IMG/VR virus record: IMGVR_UViG_3300036766_002280
Span: 54,803 to 118,802 of that record
Direction: 5' to 3' (one strand)
DNA: 64,000 bases
Source of the DNA: a virus
Lineage: Duplodnaviria; Heunggongvirae; Uroviricota; Caudoviricetes
Shown: piece by piece, positions 36,323 through 46,569 of the stretch
How the letters are laid out: the number at the start of each line of letters is the position of its first letter
Position numbering within the stretch: the first letter of the stretch is position 1
Made by a program: the position numbers and the translations under genes
The notes under the pieces: generated by a model
Seen by the model: the letters and a program-made list of their open reading frames with translations, nothing else
The model's database searches: none
Told to the model about the DNA's origin: nothing

Positions 36323-36369
36323 ATCTAGTCTAAACAAATAGATCATCTTAGCGCTTGAAGGAGAGAGGC

Positions 36370-36519
36370 ATGGAAGAGTTTATTAAGGGCTTTGAATTTG
36401 GTCTTGGTTTTATGGTTGGTTTAATTATATTTTTTACTATAACTTTTATTTTTGTATTTGTTTTAGATTACTGGGGACAGATACAAGATCGTAAAATGGA
36501 GGAGAAAAGAAAACAATAG
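36370..36519 (+). CDS. small membrane protein (49 aa)
   Basis: RBS gaaggagagaggcATG. One TM helix. Confidence 0.3.
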   Translation: MEEFIKGFEFGLGFMVGLIIFFTITFIFVFVLDYWGQIQDRKMEEKRKQ

Positions 36520-36562
36520 TGTAGTACCTTTTACAATTGTGTTCACAAGAATATAAAATTCC

Positions 36563-36591
36563 TTGAATTTAAAACTGAATTATATTATAAT
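36563..36591 (+). promoter_or_regulatory. sigma70-like promoter (cassette variant TTGAAT-17-TATAAT)
   Basis: ttccttgaatttaaaactgaattatattataat. Confidence 0.5.
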
Positions 36592-36635
36592 AGGATCAAG
36601 GAATCAAAAACGAAACAGAGAGGGGTGTTTAATAA

Positions 36636-36986
36636 ATGATTAAAAAGGTAACAACATTTCAATTACCAGAAGATTTGAAAAGACAAGTGGTATCTGCTTC
36701 AGTCGCAAAACAAATATCAATGTCAGAATTTCTTACTGAAACAGTTTCCCATATTCTTAGGTTCAAGAAGGAAGTACCAATTCCCAAACTGTCGAGACAA
36801 CACGAAGCTTTGATTTACACATCAGTTCTGATACCAGAAAGTATTTTAGATCAGGCTAGATTTAAAGCATATCAGAATAAAGTCTCGCTTGGAGATTTTT
36901 TCCGTTATTGTCTCCAAGAGTCAGTTCAATGCCCTTCTGCAGCTAATAGGGTGAGAATTAAGCGACCTGCTACAGCTGCTGCTTAA
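36636..36986 (+). CDS. hypothetical protein
   Basis: 116-aa ORF. Confidence 0.45.
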   Translation: MIKKVTTFQLPEDLKRQVVSASVAKQISMSEFLTETVSHILRFKKEVPIPKLSRQHEALIYTSVLIPESILDQARFKAYQNKVSLGDFFRYCLQESVQCPSAANRVRIKRPATAAA

Positions 36987-37046
36987 TTTGTAGAACCTAA
37001 AAAACAAAAGTATATATACTATGATGGTATATATATATTTTCTAAA

Positions 37047-37110
37047 ACCTTTCAAAGTGATTATTCGTTAATTGGATAACATTTTGAAAGGTTTTTTATT
37101 TTAAGAATCC
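37047..37110 (+). terminator. rho-independent terminator
   Basis: aaaacctttcaaa ... tttgaaaggtttt stem, then a T-run. Confidence 0.6.
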
Positions 37111-37136
37111 GCGCAGGAGTAATTCATGGAGACCAA

Positions 37137-37883
37137 ATGGTAGTCGGAGAAATTTACAATCTTATTCAGGGCGAAGGCAAGTTAACAGGTAAGGCATCCA
37201 TTCTGATTCGTACGATTGGTTGTAACCTAAGATGCGAGTGGACAGACGCAGAAGGTCATACAACTATCTGTGATACTCCATTTGCTTCATGGCATCCTGA
37301 AAAGGGTAAGAACATGACGGCAGAAGAGATTCTGCAAGAATGTTCAAAGAATCCACTTATTCGGTATGTTATTATTAGCGGAGGCGAGCCATTTTTACAG
37401 AAAGACATCAAAGAGGTTACAAACCTGTTGATGGAGCATAACTACCATGTTACAATCGAAACTGCTGGAACTCTCTACATACAAGGATTAAGATGTAATC
37501 TTCTGTCAGTAAGTCCGAAATTGTTTAACTCCTATCCAAAGAATTATCCAGAACGTAGTATTCATTTTAAAGGTAATGAAAGACAATTTCAAAATCTAAG
37601 TCTGTTGATAAAAGAGTCTGGAGAAGGGCAGGATTGGCAGCTTAAGTTTGTAGTTAATCACTCGAGTGATGAAGTTTACATCGATGATTTTCTTCGAGAG
37701 TACCAGAAGTTTGTTCCTTCCCTAGCCCATTCCAACGATTACATCTATCTCATGCCAGAAGGTATTACATCCGATGAGCTGAACAAATCAGCAGCCTTGT
37801 GTCAACAGATTGCTATCCGCCGTGGATGGAATTACAGCGACAGAATTCATATTCGTATTTACGGATCAATCAGAGGAGTATAA
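37137..37883 (+). CDS. queE: 7-carboxy-7-deazaguanine synthase QueE (radical SAM)
   Basis: GCNLRCEWTD...ICDTPF Cys cluster and IISGGEPF SAM motif. Size 248 aa. Confidence 0.7.
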   Translation: MVVGEIYNLIQGEGKLTGKASILIRTIGCNLRCEWTDAEGHTTICDTPFASWHPEKGKNMTAEEILQECSKNPLIRYVIISGGEPFLQKDIKEVTNLLMEHNYHVTIETAGTLYIQGLRCNLLSVSPKLFNSYPKNYPERSIHFKGNERQFQNLSLLIKESGEGQDWQLKFVVNHSSDEVYIDDFLREYQKFVPSLAHSNDYIYLMPEGITSDELNKSAALCQQIAIRRGWNYSDRIHIRIYGSIRGV

Positions 37884-37886
37884 TAA

Positions 37887-38120
37887 GTGAAAACAAAAGA
37901 ATTGATTGAGATAATTCAAACTCTTGATCCATCCGGAGAGACTGATATAACAGGTAACCAGATAAAAGTTTTGTATATGACTGATAAAATTTGTAAACTA
38001 AGCTTCGAATTAGATTGGTATGTAAACAAGGATCTTGTTTTTAAAGGTTCTAGTAGTTTGTTTGATGCCCTAGCTAATACTATGAAAAGTAACTTCAGAA
38101 TATCCATTATAGAAAGGTAA
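37887..38120 (+). CDS. hypothetical protein
   Basis: GTG start 4 nt after the queE stop. Confidence 0.35.
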   Translation: MKTKELIEIIQTLDPSGETDITGNQIKVLYMTDKICKLSFELDWYVNKDLVFKGSSSLFDALANTMKSNFRISIIER

Positions 38121-38123
38121 TAA

Positions 38124-38513
38124 ATGTATCCAGCAGAAGAATTTAAAAAGAATTTTAAAGCTGATTTGACCTATGTAGATCCAGGTATTAGAAAAGTGAT
38201 TGAAAAATTTGTGGAGCAGTATAATTCAGCTCCAGTTCCAGTTCCATTTCTGGTAGACGGGTACGATTGTGCTGTAGAAGTAACTTCTTACCAAGAAAAT
38301 AAATCTAGTATTACTGGCCCTGTTTTTACCTGGGAAGTTAGAATCAATAATTCTTTTTATGAGGTAAACCATTATGTCGTATGGAAATTTGAAGGTCTTC
38401 CTTTTCAAATAAGAAAACTAGACTATTTTATATGCATGAGTTGCAGTATGGAGAAACTGAGAAAAGATCAAGTGTCAGATCATCTTTGTGGTGGTATTAA
38501 TAAAAATATTTAA
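38124..38513 (+). CDS. hypothetical protein
   Basis: 129-aa ORF. Confidence 0.45.
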   Translation: MYPAEEFKKNFKADLTYVDPGIRKVIEKFVEQYNSAPVPVPFLVDGYDCAVEVTSYQENKSSITGPVFTWEVRINNSFYEVNHYVVWKFEGLPFQIRKLDYFICMSCSMEKLRKDQVSDHLCGGINKNI

Positions 38514-38530
38514 AGTGAGGAAAATAATAA

Positions 38531-39003
38531 TGTCGATAGTAACAGTATCCAAACGTATTGAGCTTGATTATGGCCATACCCTTCCAAACCATTATTCATT
38601 TTGTAATCAGCTTCATGGACACCGGGGATTTGTGGAAGCTTATGTGACCGGAGTTGTAGTCGATACACCAGGAGACAGTAGTCAGGGAATGGTTTTAGAT
38701 TTTACAATCTTGAAGAAGACCATGATGGATAAAGTTCATGGTCTTCTTGATCATGGATTTGCCGTCTGGAAAGATGACAAAGAGGATTTGGACTTCGTCG
38801 TTAAACGCAATACACGTTTTCTTATTACAAACGAGCCGCCTACCGCAGAGTTTTTAGTCAAGTGGGCTTACTCCCAGATCGTATCAGGATTACCCTCCGC
38901 TCTCACTCTAGATAAAGTTATCTGGTATGAGACTCCAACTTCAGCAGCTTATTATACAAGAGAAGACTGGCTGGAAGATACCGTTCTTAAGATTACAGTA
39001 TAA
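38531..39003 (+). CDS. queD: 6-carboxy-5,6,7,8-tetrahydropterin synthase QueD
   Basis: CNQLHGHRG (CxxxHGH) plus a Glu/His catalytic pattern. RBS gtgaggaaaataataATG. Confidence 0.75.
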
Positions 39004-39054
39004 TACATAAACGTTTATACAATCAAATACACAAGTTGAGAAGGGAAAATAGTC

Positions 39055-39885
39055 ATGACTAAACGATTATGGATGCCTTTATGGGTAGCAGATTGGGTGA
39101 TAGACACTATGCAACTCACATGCAAACAGGAAGCAATTTACTTACGAATGGTGATGCAATACTGGATGCAAGGATTTCTGACTTCTGATAAAACTGTGCT
39201 ATCAAGGATAGCAAGAATAGCTGACTTAGATCCTGACCTAGATGTAGTACTACAGTACTTCACCCTGCAAGAAGATGGTTTGTACCATCACAAACGAATT
39301 GACAAAGAACTTATTAAAACCAACAAGATACAGGTTGATAGATCAAACGCTGCAAAAGCAAGCTGGTTGAATCGTAGATGCAAATCAGATGCAAATGCAA
39401 ATGCAAAGGCAGATGCAAATCAAATACAAAGTCCATGCAAAGTCGATATATCTTATAATCATAAGGTTCATGCCTCTAAAGAGACATCTCCAACCTCTGA
39501 AAACACAGAGGTTGACCCTCCCTCAAAGAAGTCTTTTTCCGAAGATTCAAAAGAGTTGATTCTTGCCGGATACCTTCTTGAGATGATCCACAAAAGAACT
39601 CCTAACACAAAAGCTGATTTACAAGAGTGGGCAAAACATATCGACCTTCTTCTTAGAATCGATAAGGCCGACTTTAAAGAAGTTGAAGAAGTTATTGAAT
39701 GGGCTCATACTTGGGAAGGGGAAGGTACTTTTAATTGGTACTCCAACATTCGTAGTGCTATTAAACTAAGACAAAAATATGATAAACTTTTACTTGATAT
39801 GAAAACTCATAAAAGTGGAAGTATAAATAAGTCTCCCAAAAGAACATCCAATATACCAGGTGGAGTGATAAGATCTACTAACTAA
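39055..39885 (+). CDS. DUF1376-domain protein (replication-associated)
   Basis: N-terminal WMPLWVADWVIDTMQLTCKQEAIYLRMVMQYW pattern. Confidence 0.4.
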   Translation: MTKRLWMPLWVADWVIDTMQLTCKQEAIYLRMVMQYWMQGFLTSDKTVLSRIARIADLDPDLDVVLQYFTLQEDGLYHHKRIDKELIKTNKIQVDRSNAAKASWLNRRCKSDANANAKADANQIQSPCKVDISYNHKVHASKETSPTSENTEVDPPSKKSFSEDSKELILAGYLLEMIHKRTPNTKADLQEWAKHIDLLLRIDKADFKEVEEVIEWAHTWEGEGTFNWYSNIRSAIKLRQKYDKLLLDMKTHKSGSINKSPKRTSNIPGGVIRSTN

Positions 39886-39902
39886 AAAGAGAGAATCAAA
39901 TT

Positions 39903-40481
39903 GTGGAAGGCTTAGATCCGAATAGGGCAGAAGTTAAAAAAGCAGTTGAACTTTTTTTGCAAGGTAAAAGTTTGTTTCTCCATGGTTGTTATGGAAGTGG
40001 TAAAACTGAGCTTATAAAATTACTACAACAATCGACAAAGGAAGAATCTATTTTTACTATTCCCTCTCAGTTGATACAACGATTCAAGGAGTTAATGCAG
40101 GAATCTCAAGTTTACTTACCTGAATACAAATGTTATGTAGATCAAAATCAGAAACATAGTGGTGGTGGGGACAAGAACATCTTCGAATCGGAATCGGAGT
40201 TGAAGCATGTGTACCAACATGTTAAAGTTTTATTCTTTGATGATTTTGGTTCTCACTACAGTACCGAATTTACGGAAAGTATTTTATTTGATCTGTTCGA
40301 TTATAGATACTCACATAGAAATTCATTGATTACTGTATTTTCAAGCAACTACTCTTTAGATCAAATCAACAATGCTAAAAATGAAAATACTGCAAGAATC
40401 GGAAGTCGAATTCAAGAATGGACTACATCAATCGACATGGGAACTATAGATTACCGCAGAAGTGAAAAATCAACGTTCTAG
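39903..40481 (+). CDS. DnaC/IstB-like helicase-loader ATPase
   Basis: Walker A LHGCYGSGKTEL. Walker B VLFFDDFG. Confidence 0.55.
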   Translation: MEGLDPNRAEVKKAVELFLQGKSLFLHGCYGSGKTELIKLLQQSTKEESIFTIPSQLIQRFKELMQESQVYLPEYKCYVDQNQKHSGGGDKNIFESESELKHVYQHVKVLFFDDFGSHYSTEFTESILFDLFDYRYSHRNSLITVFSSNYSLDQINNAKNENTARIGSRIQEWTTSIDMGTIDYRRSEKSTF

Positions 40482-40508
40482 ATTAAGTAGACTGAAGGGT
40501 GGGTTGGT

Positions 40509-41120
40509 ATGAGCTTAAAAACCATTGTAATTCTGCTTAGTGGCAAGCAAGGGTCGGGCAAGAGTAGTATACAAAAAGAATTGTCCAGCGTTCTAAAGGA
40601 GTGTACTGGATCTTTTTCTTACTCGTTAAACTTTGCAGATATATTGTACGAAATGCATGATGCCGTTTTAGCGATCTTACATCAGTATATCCCTGCAAGA
40701 TCTATTGTAAAGGATGGCCCCTTGATGCAATTACTAGGCAGCGACTGGGCAAGACAGACCATCGATTATGATATCTGGGTTAAGTGCTTGAAAGCAAAAA
40801 TGTTGAAGATTGAAAACGAATATCGTTTTCTTCATTCTTCTCCACAATTATATTTTATCATCGGAGACTGCAGATTCGAAAATGAATTTGATGCTTTCCC
40901 AGATGATGATTTTAAGCGTGTTTATAAAATCAGATTAGAAGCTCCAGAACAAATTCGTAAGAACAGATGCTCCATGTGGAGGGAGAATTCTACTCACATA
41001 TCGGAAACGAACCTGGATACCTACGCCGAAAATTTTAAATTTGATTTGTACCTGGATACGAATGAGAATTCAATACAAGCTTGTTTAACTAGTATCAAAG
41101 AGGTAGTACTAGAGAAATGA
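40509..41120 (+). CDS. P-loop nucleotide kinase-like (dNMP-kinase-like)
   Basis: IVILLSGKQGSGKSS. Confidence 0.4.
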   Translation: MSLKTIVILLSGKQGSGKSSIQKELSSVLKECTGSFSYSLNFADILYEMHDAVLAILHQYIPARSIVKDGPLMQLLGSDWARQTIDYDIWVKCLKAKMLKIENEYRFLHSSPQLYFIIGDCRFENEFDAFPDDDFKRVYKIRLEAPEQIRKNRCSMWRENSTHISETNLDTYAENFKFDLYLDTNENSIQACLTSIKEVVLEK

Positions 41121-41159
41121 AAGTTTTTAAACCATTTTGCTGAATAGGATTTTGTACGT

Positions 41160-42116
41160 ATGAGCTTTTTTGATAACAAACCAACTATTCCTTCCCAGCT
41201 TCCTCTTCCAGGAACAAACGCAATCATTGTCCCAGAACCAAAAACAGAAGTCAAAGCAGAAGTAGAAGTATCAGCCCCAACTTTTACGATACCAGAGAAT
41301 AAAGATATTTTATTGTTGATAGATTTTAATGCCGTGCTATGGCGTTCTGTTTCAGCGTATGAGAATTTATCCTTTCACGGGGAGCCAACGGGCGGCGTGT
41401 ACGGATTTGCAACTTATTTTGTAAAATTAATGGATCTTCACAAACCTACTATGATCGCTGTCTGCGAAGATAAGAGACCATATTTGAGGGAACTAAATTA
41501 CCCTCAATTTAAGCAGAACCGAATAAAGCCACATGATGAGCACGCTTTAATGCGTTTTCAGAAATCCAAGGCGTATTGCGAAGAATTTCTGGCTATTTTG
41601 AACGTTCCATTGTGGGCAATCCAGGGGTTGGAAGCCGATGATTTGATTGCCGCAGCTTGTAATGCGAATCAGGATAAGTTTGGGAAGATTGTAATAGCTA
41701 GCAACGATGATGATTTTTATCAGTTGTTTATCTACTCGAATGTGGTCATGCAGAAAAGCAAATGCGTTTACGGATTACAAGATTTCCAAACTGAATTTCC
41801 AGACGTAGATGCGAAAGACTGGGGAAAGGTAATTGTCATGTCTGGTACCCATAACGGCCTACCAGGTTTGAAAGGAGTGGGAAGGAAAACAGCAATTAAG
41901 ATCTTAAAAAGTGGAAAATTTGAAGAGACTTACCAATCAAACAAGGTAGTAATGGATCTTTACTTTGCTTTAGTGAAGATGCCATACAAAGATGTAATAC
42001 TTCCTCCATTTGTTAAAGCAGTCTATAATGAACGTAGGATTCTTAATTTCTTTACTAGATTTGGTATAACTTTAACACAACATATGCGGGATTCTTTGGA
42101 TTTATTGAATCGTTGA
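41160..42116 (+). CDS. 5'-3' exonuclease / flap endonuclease (FEN, RNase H-like)
   Basis: LLLIDFNAVLWRS, GGVYGF and LEADDLIAAAC acidic clusters. H3TH-like GLPGLKGVGRKTA. Confidence 0.75.
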   Translation: MSFFDNKPTIPSQLPLPGTNAIIVPEPKTEVKAEVEVSAPTFTIPENKDILLLIDFNAVLWRSVSAYENLSFHGEPTGGVYGFATYFVKLMDLHKPTMIAVCEDKRPYLRELNYPQFKQNRIKPHDEHALMRFQKSKAYCEEFLAILNVPLWAIQGLEADDLIAAACNANQDKFGKIVIASNDDDFYQLFIYSNVVMQKSKCVYGLQDFQTEFPDVDAKDWGKVIVMSGTHNGLPGLKGVGRKTAIKILKSGKFEETYQSNKVVMDLYFALVKMPYKDVILPPFVKAVYNERRILNFFTRFGITLTQHMRDSLDLLNR

Positions 42117-42132
42117 ACAGTATATAACGATT

Positions 42133-42840
42133 ATGGGTAAATTCATAGACATGATAGGGCAAGTTTTTGGTAGATGGACTGTATTGTCTTACCATCATAC
42201 CGATAAATGGGGAAATGCCTATTGGTTGTGTCGCTGTATCTGCGGCACAGAAGTTGTTGTCGCAGGGCACAATCTTCGACGTGGTCATTCTAGATCTTGT
42301 GGTTGTTTGAATAGAGAAATAGTAAAAGAGTTAGCAAAAGAAAAATTTACAACTCACGGATTATCAGAGCATCCACTTTACGGTGTCTGGGGGATGATGA
42401 ATGACCGATGTAACAATCCAGACAACAAAGATTACCACAACTACGGTGGCCGAACTGTTCCGATCGTTACGTGCGATCGATGGCATCAGGACAATCCAGA
42501 TGGACTACAAAACTTCATTACGGACATGTATCCAACATATAAACCAGGCCTGACCATAGAAAGAACAGAAAACGACTCAGACTACAACGCCGAAAACTGC
42601 ACCTGGGCCACCATGAAAGAACAATCTAATAATAAACGAAATACTAGGTTTGTTGCCTACCAAGGCAAAGAAATAACATTAACTCAGTTGATAGACATAA
42701 CAGGTACGACAATTCCCAGACATGTTTTAGATGATAGAATCTTTGTATGGAAATGGCCTATCGAGAAAGCATTGACAACTCCAGTACGTAAGAGTACAAA
42801 AACGAAGGAGAACGAAAGAGTAAGAAATCAAAATGAGTGA
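42133..42840 (+). mobile_element. freestanding homing-endonuclease-like gene, copy 1
   Basis: MGKFIDMIGQVFGRWTVL...WLCRCICGTEVVV...SCGC, then NYGGR...NCTWATMKEQSNN. Three about 85-90% identical copies in the window. Confidence 0.5.
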
Positions 42841-42987
42841 TATAGGGAGGTAAGATGGTTATTTTTATAAAATATTTGAGGACTAGAAAACCCCCTGAGT
42901 TTTCAGCCTCAGTGGTAGTTCACTGGAGTTGGAAATTATTGAGGAAAATATTCAAGCGATAGATAGTTTGTAAAGGGGTAGTTCACT

Positions 42988-44385
42988 GTGGCTGAAAAAA
43001 TATCAGGCTCTTTTCAAGAGAATTTATTGACGTTGTTGTGCTTCGACGATAAGGCAGCACCGTTAATTATTAATACCATTCCGTTAGAACTTTATGAATC
43101 ATCTTTTTACAGAGAAGTAGCATCTGCTGCCTCAAATTTTTATCTTGAATTCAAAAAGCCCATTGCAGAGCATTTGCCAGATGTTATTGATCATCTTCTG
43201 AATTCTAAAGATACGCGTAAGGCAGATATCTATGCTCAGATTGTTAATAATCTTTACGATACCAAAGATATAATCAATCGCGAATACATCTTAAAAGAGT
43301 TGGCTAAGTTTGTTCGACAGCAGCAGTTAAAGTTATCGATAAAACAGGCAGTAGATTTTGTTAACAATGGAAAGATAGATGAAGCTGAAGCTGTATTAGA
43401 AAAAGCAAAAAAGAATCGTTTAACTATTTTTGATCCTGGAACAAGACTTACTGATTTTGAAAAGATATTCAGTGCTTTCAATATAGCAGATATGTTTATC
43501 CCGATCGGGATCAAGGAATTAGATGATTTAGGCGTTGCCCCAGCTCCAAAAGAATTGTTCGTCTTTATTGGGCGTTCAGGGGCGGGAAAAACCTGGTTTT
43601 TGATTCACGTTGCCAAGTTTTGTCTGCTTCAAAGAAAAAAGGTTTTACACGTAACTTTGGAAATGAGCGAAGCCCGGGTTAGTATTCGGTATATGCAATC
43701 GTTGTTCGGCATCAGTAAAGTGGCTGGAGATAAAAAGATGGCTAACTTCGAACGAAATGAATCTGGTTATTTGAGTAATGTAACTTTTGATACGGTAAAT
43801 TTTAAGCATTCTTTACGAGATGAAGATATTAAAAAGTTTATCATGGAAAAGAAATTTTGGAAGAGAAAGCCAAACCTTTTTATTAAAGAATTTCCTACAT
43901 CTAGTTTAACTATTCAACAACTCAATGCTTACATGGACCATTTAGAATCCCTTTATAATTTTATTCCTGACGTAGTAATGATAGACTATCCAGATCTAAT
44001 GAATATTGATGGGGCTAATTTACGAGTAGATACAGGACAGATTTTTAAGCAATTACGTGGAATCGCCGTAGAGCGAAATTGCGCTGTTGTAGTCCCATCT
44101 CAGACTAATAGGGTGGGAGAGGACGTTAAGCTAATTACTCGTAGACATTTGGCAGAAGATTTTTCCAAGGTCATGATTGCTGACAACTTAATAACCTTCA
44201 ATCAGACCAAAAAGGAACGAGAAGACGGAATTGCCAGATTGTATGTAGATAAGGGAAGAAATGATAGAACAGGAGATTTAATTCTTATTGCTCAAAATTA
44301 TGGAGCAGGGCAGTTCTGCACGTCCTCCATAAGAGCTTCTATGGACTATGATCCAACAACTGCTGCTATGAAAGCTTCATCGTGA
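42988..44385 (+). CDS. DnaB-like replicative helicase
   Basis: C-terminal RecA fold: FVFIGRSGAGKTWFLIH and VVMIDYPDLM. GTG start after aggggtag. Confidence 0.65.
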   Translation: MAEKISGSFQENLLTLLCFDDKAAPLIINTIPLELYESSFYREVASAASNFYLEFKKPIAEHLPDVIDHLLNSKDTRKADIYAQIVNNLYDTKDIINREYILKELAKFVRQQQLKLSIKQAVDFVNNGKIDEAEAVLEKAKKNRLTIFDPGTRLTDFEKIFSAFNIADMFIPIGIKELDDLGVAPAPKELFVFIGRSGAGKTWFLIHVAKFCLLQRKKVLHVTLEMSEARVSIRYMQSLFGISKVAGDKKMANFERNESGYLSNVTFDTVNFKHSLRDEDIKKFIMEKKFWKRKPNLFIKEFPTSSLTIQQLNAYMDHLESLYNFIPDVVMIDYPDLMNIDGANLRVDTGQIFKQLRGIAVERNCAVVVPSQTNRVGEDVKLITRRHLAEDFSKVMIADNLITFNQTKKEREDGIARLYVDKGRNDRTGDLILIAQNYGAGQFCTSSIRASMDYDPTTAAMKASS

Positions 44386-45950
44386 TTTCAAAACAAGCCA
44401 TAGATGAGTTTATGAATACCCAGTTAGAGGATTGGTCCTGGGTTAAAGAGATTCCGGAAGAAGAACTCCTGCCAGAAGTAAAGAAGTTTTTTCCTCATTA
44501 TGAGATTCCTGATCTGAAACCGTATAAACACCAACTTGCTTCTTTGATTTTGGCATTTGCGAATAAAGAGTTTCTATTCTTTCTTGACATGGGGCTCGGT
44601 AAGTCGAGGATCATTATAGAATACCTAACTTGGTTAAAGTGGAAGAAACGACTCAAGAAAGTAGTAGTTCTTGTTCCGAACACTGTTGTCATTGCAAACT
44701 GGGAAGATGAGATTAAATTATTTTCCAGTGGCACTTTAAAAACTATTGGTATCTATGGGACGGAAGAAGAACGCCGTCAAAAACTAGCCAATCCAGACGG
44801 AGACATGTACCTTCTATCTTATTCTGCCCTTCAACAAGTATTAAGTGTTAGAGATAAAAGAACGGGTAAGTTAACGCCTCATGAACCAAAGATAAGAGCC
44901 TTTGTTAAGAGATTTAATACCGTAGTCTTTGATGAGATTCATAACTGCAAAAACAAAGAAACGTTAACCTTTAGATTGTGTAATCAGATCGCCAAAGTTT
45001 GTGAGTACAGATATGGATTAACTGGAACTCCATTTGGTAGGGATGTTACTGATTTGTGGTCTCAGTTTTATTTGATAGATAGGGGAAAGACTTTAGGAAC
45101 TACCCTTGGATTATTTAGAGAATCTTTTTTCAACGTTACAACAAATTATTTTAACATAAAAGAGTATAAGTTTCGAAAAGAGCTTGAACCAGTTCTAAAC
45201 AAGAGACTGCTTAATAAATCGATTCGATATTCTAAGGATGAGGCCGATCTTGGAATTCCTCCTACTGTTTCAGAAAAGATAACAGTTAGGTTATCACAAG
45301 AGGCAAAAGTTCATTATCAGGCGGCAGTTAAAAAACTAAAGTCAAGTTTTGGAAATCAGACTGAGATAAAGAATTCTTTTATTCGATGTCGGCAGATTAC
45401 ATCAGGATTTTTCCCGTATGAGAAAGAAGATGGAAGCAGGGCGATTCATAGGTTTGCAGAGAATCCAAAACTTCAGGCACTAGAGTATTTAATTAAGTCT
45501 GTATCTGACAATGACAAGATAGTTATTTTTAATGAGTTCACTTTCAGCGGGGATATGATAAGCGAGATGTTAGATCGATTAGAGATCAAACATGTTCGTT
45601 TGTATTCTGGCACTGCTGAAAGAGATAAACTAACTGCGAAGCACAGATTTAGAGAGGAAGATTGTAAAGTATTTTTAGCCAATTCTAAATCAGGTAATGC
45701 TGGGTTAAATTTGCAGATAGCAAACTATGTGGTGTTCTTTGAGAGCCCGGTAAGTCCGATTATCCGCAAACAGGCAGAAGAGCGTGTGCCACGTCCTGGC
45801 CAAACTAAAACAACTTTTATGTACGATCTAATTGTTAAAGGTAGCGTAGATGAGAGAGTTCTATCGTTTATCCGTGAGGGGAAGAACTTGTTCGAAGCAT
45901 TATTAGAAAACCCAAATACGCTCGAGGATATGAATGATGTCAACTCATGA
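44382..45950 (+). CDS. SNF2-family helicase/ATPase
   Basis: FLDMGLGKS (motif I), VVFDEIHNCKN (DExH) and C-terminal helicase motifs. Confidence 0.7.
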   Translation: MISKQAIDEFMNTQLEDWSWVKEIPEEELLPEVKKFFPHYEIPDLKPYKHQLASLILAFANKEFLFFLDMGLGKSRIIIEYLTWLKWKKRLKKVVVLVPNTVVIANWEDEIKLFSSGTLKTIGIYGTEEERRQKLANPDGDMYLLSYSALQQVLSVRDKRTGKLTPHEPKIRAFVKRFNTVVFDEIHNCKNKETLTFRLCNQIAKVCEYRYGLTGTPFGRDVTDLWSQFYLIDRGKTLGTTLGLFRESFFNVTTNYFNIKEYKFRKELEPVLNKRLLNKSIRYSKDEADLGIPPTVSEKITVRLSQEAKVHYQAAVKKLKSSFGNQTEIKNSFIRCRQITSGFFPYEKEDGSRAIHRFAENPKLQALEYLIKSVSDNDKIVIFNEFTFSGDMISEMLDRLEIKHVRLYSGTAERDKLTAKHRFREEDCKVFLANSKSGNAGLNLQIANYVVFFESPVSPIIRKQAEERVPRPGQTKTTFMYDLIVKGSVDERVLSFIREGKNLFEALLENPNTLEDMNDVNS

Positions 45951-46563
45951 TGGGCTAGTAGATGATTTAGCTAACTCATTTGACCCACTTCTAAATGCAG
46001 TGTTTAAAACTCCACCACTGGGTTCTCAACTTCTAACTAGAGGAGTTCCTATTCCAGATCTGTTGGTGATAAAGAAATCCTACAATCAACCGAATGTTCG
46101 AATCTACGAGGTCAAGAGACAGAGATCAGATTTTAGAGACGATGTCAAACGTGGTAAGTGGGAAAGCTATCTTCCCTTCTGCGATAGATTTTATTTTGCT
46201 TTAGGACCAGAAGTGGGAGAGTGGAGAGATCTTCTTGCTGGAACAACAGCAGGAGTTATGGTCAAGAAGGGATCTGGGTGGAGCACTGTTCGTGCGGCTC
46301 AAAAAAATCCTCATCGTAAGCCTTGGCCTGAACAAGTTCTATTCGCTTTAATATTTTGTCGTTTAGACCAGAGAGGTATATCGAGATTAACCAGGATTGA
46401 AGCGGAAAGAGAGATCCTTCTTAAAAATGAGGTTAGAGAAGCGTATAAACTTCTTAATCGTTCCATCAAGTTACGATTGAGAGATGTTCAGAAAAAAGAA
46501 GAAGCTTTGTATTTAAAAATGAGAAATTTTGAAATGAAAATAAAGGACCAACAACCACTTTAA
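45934..46563 (+). CDS. VRR-NUC / PD-(D/E)xK nuclease-like
   Basis: D...EVK arrangement after an SNF2 gene, a typical pairing. Weak. Confidence 0.35.
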   Translation: MMSTHDGLVDDLANSFDPLLNAVFKTPPLGSQLLTRGVPIPDLLVIKKSYNQPNVRIYEVKRQRSDFRDDVKRGKWESYLPFCDRFYFALGPEVGEWRDLLAGTTAGVMVKKGSGWSTVRAAQKNPHRKPWPEQVLFALIFCRLDQRGISRLTRIEAEREILLKNEVREAYKLLNRSIKLRLRDVQKKEEALYLKMRNFEMKIKDQQPL

Positions 46564-46569
46564 GGGTAT

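Noticed and set aside
40509-41120. Missing QueC candidate
   Set aside because: The only P-loop ORFs near the que genes (40509-41120 and 56495-57028) have a GxxGSGKS Walker A motif, not the SGGxDS PP-loop of QueC.
42890-42995. Short repeats and hairpin (ctgag-N8-ctcag; repeated ggtagttcact) upstream of the DnaB-like gene
   Set aside because: Too short and too few to call as an origin or operator from sequence alone.
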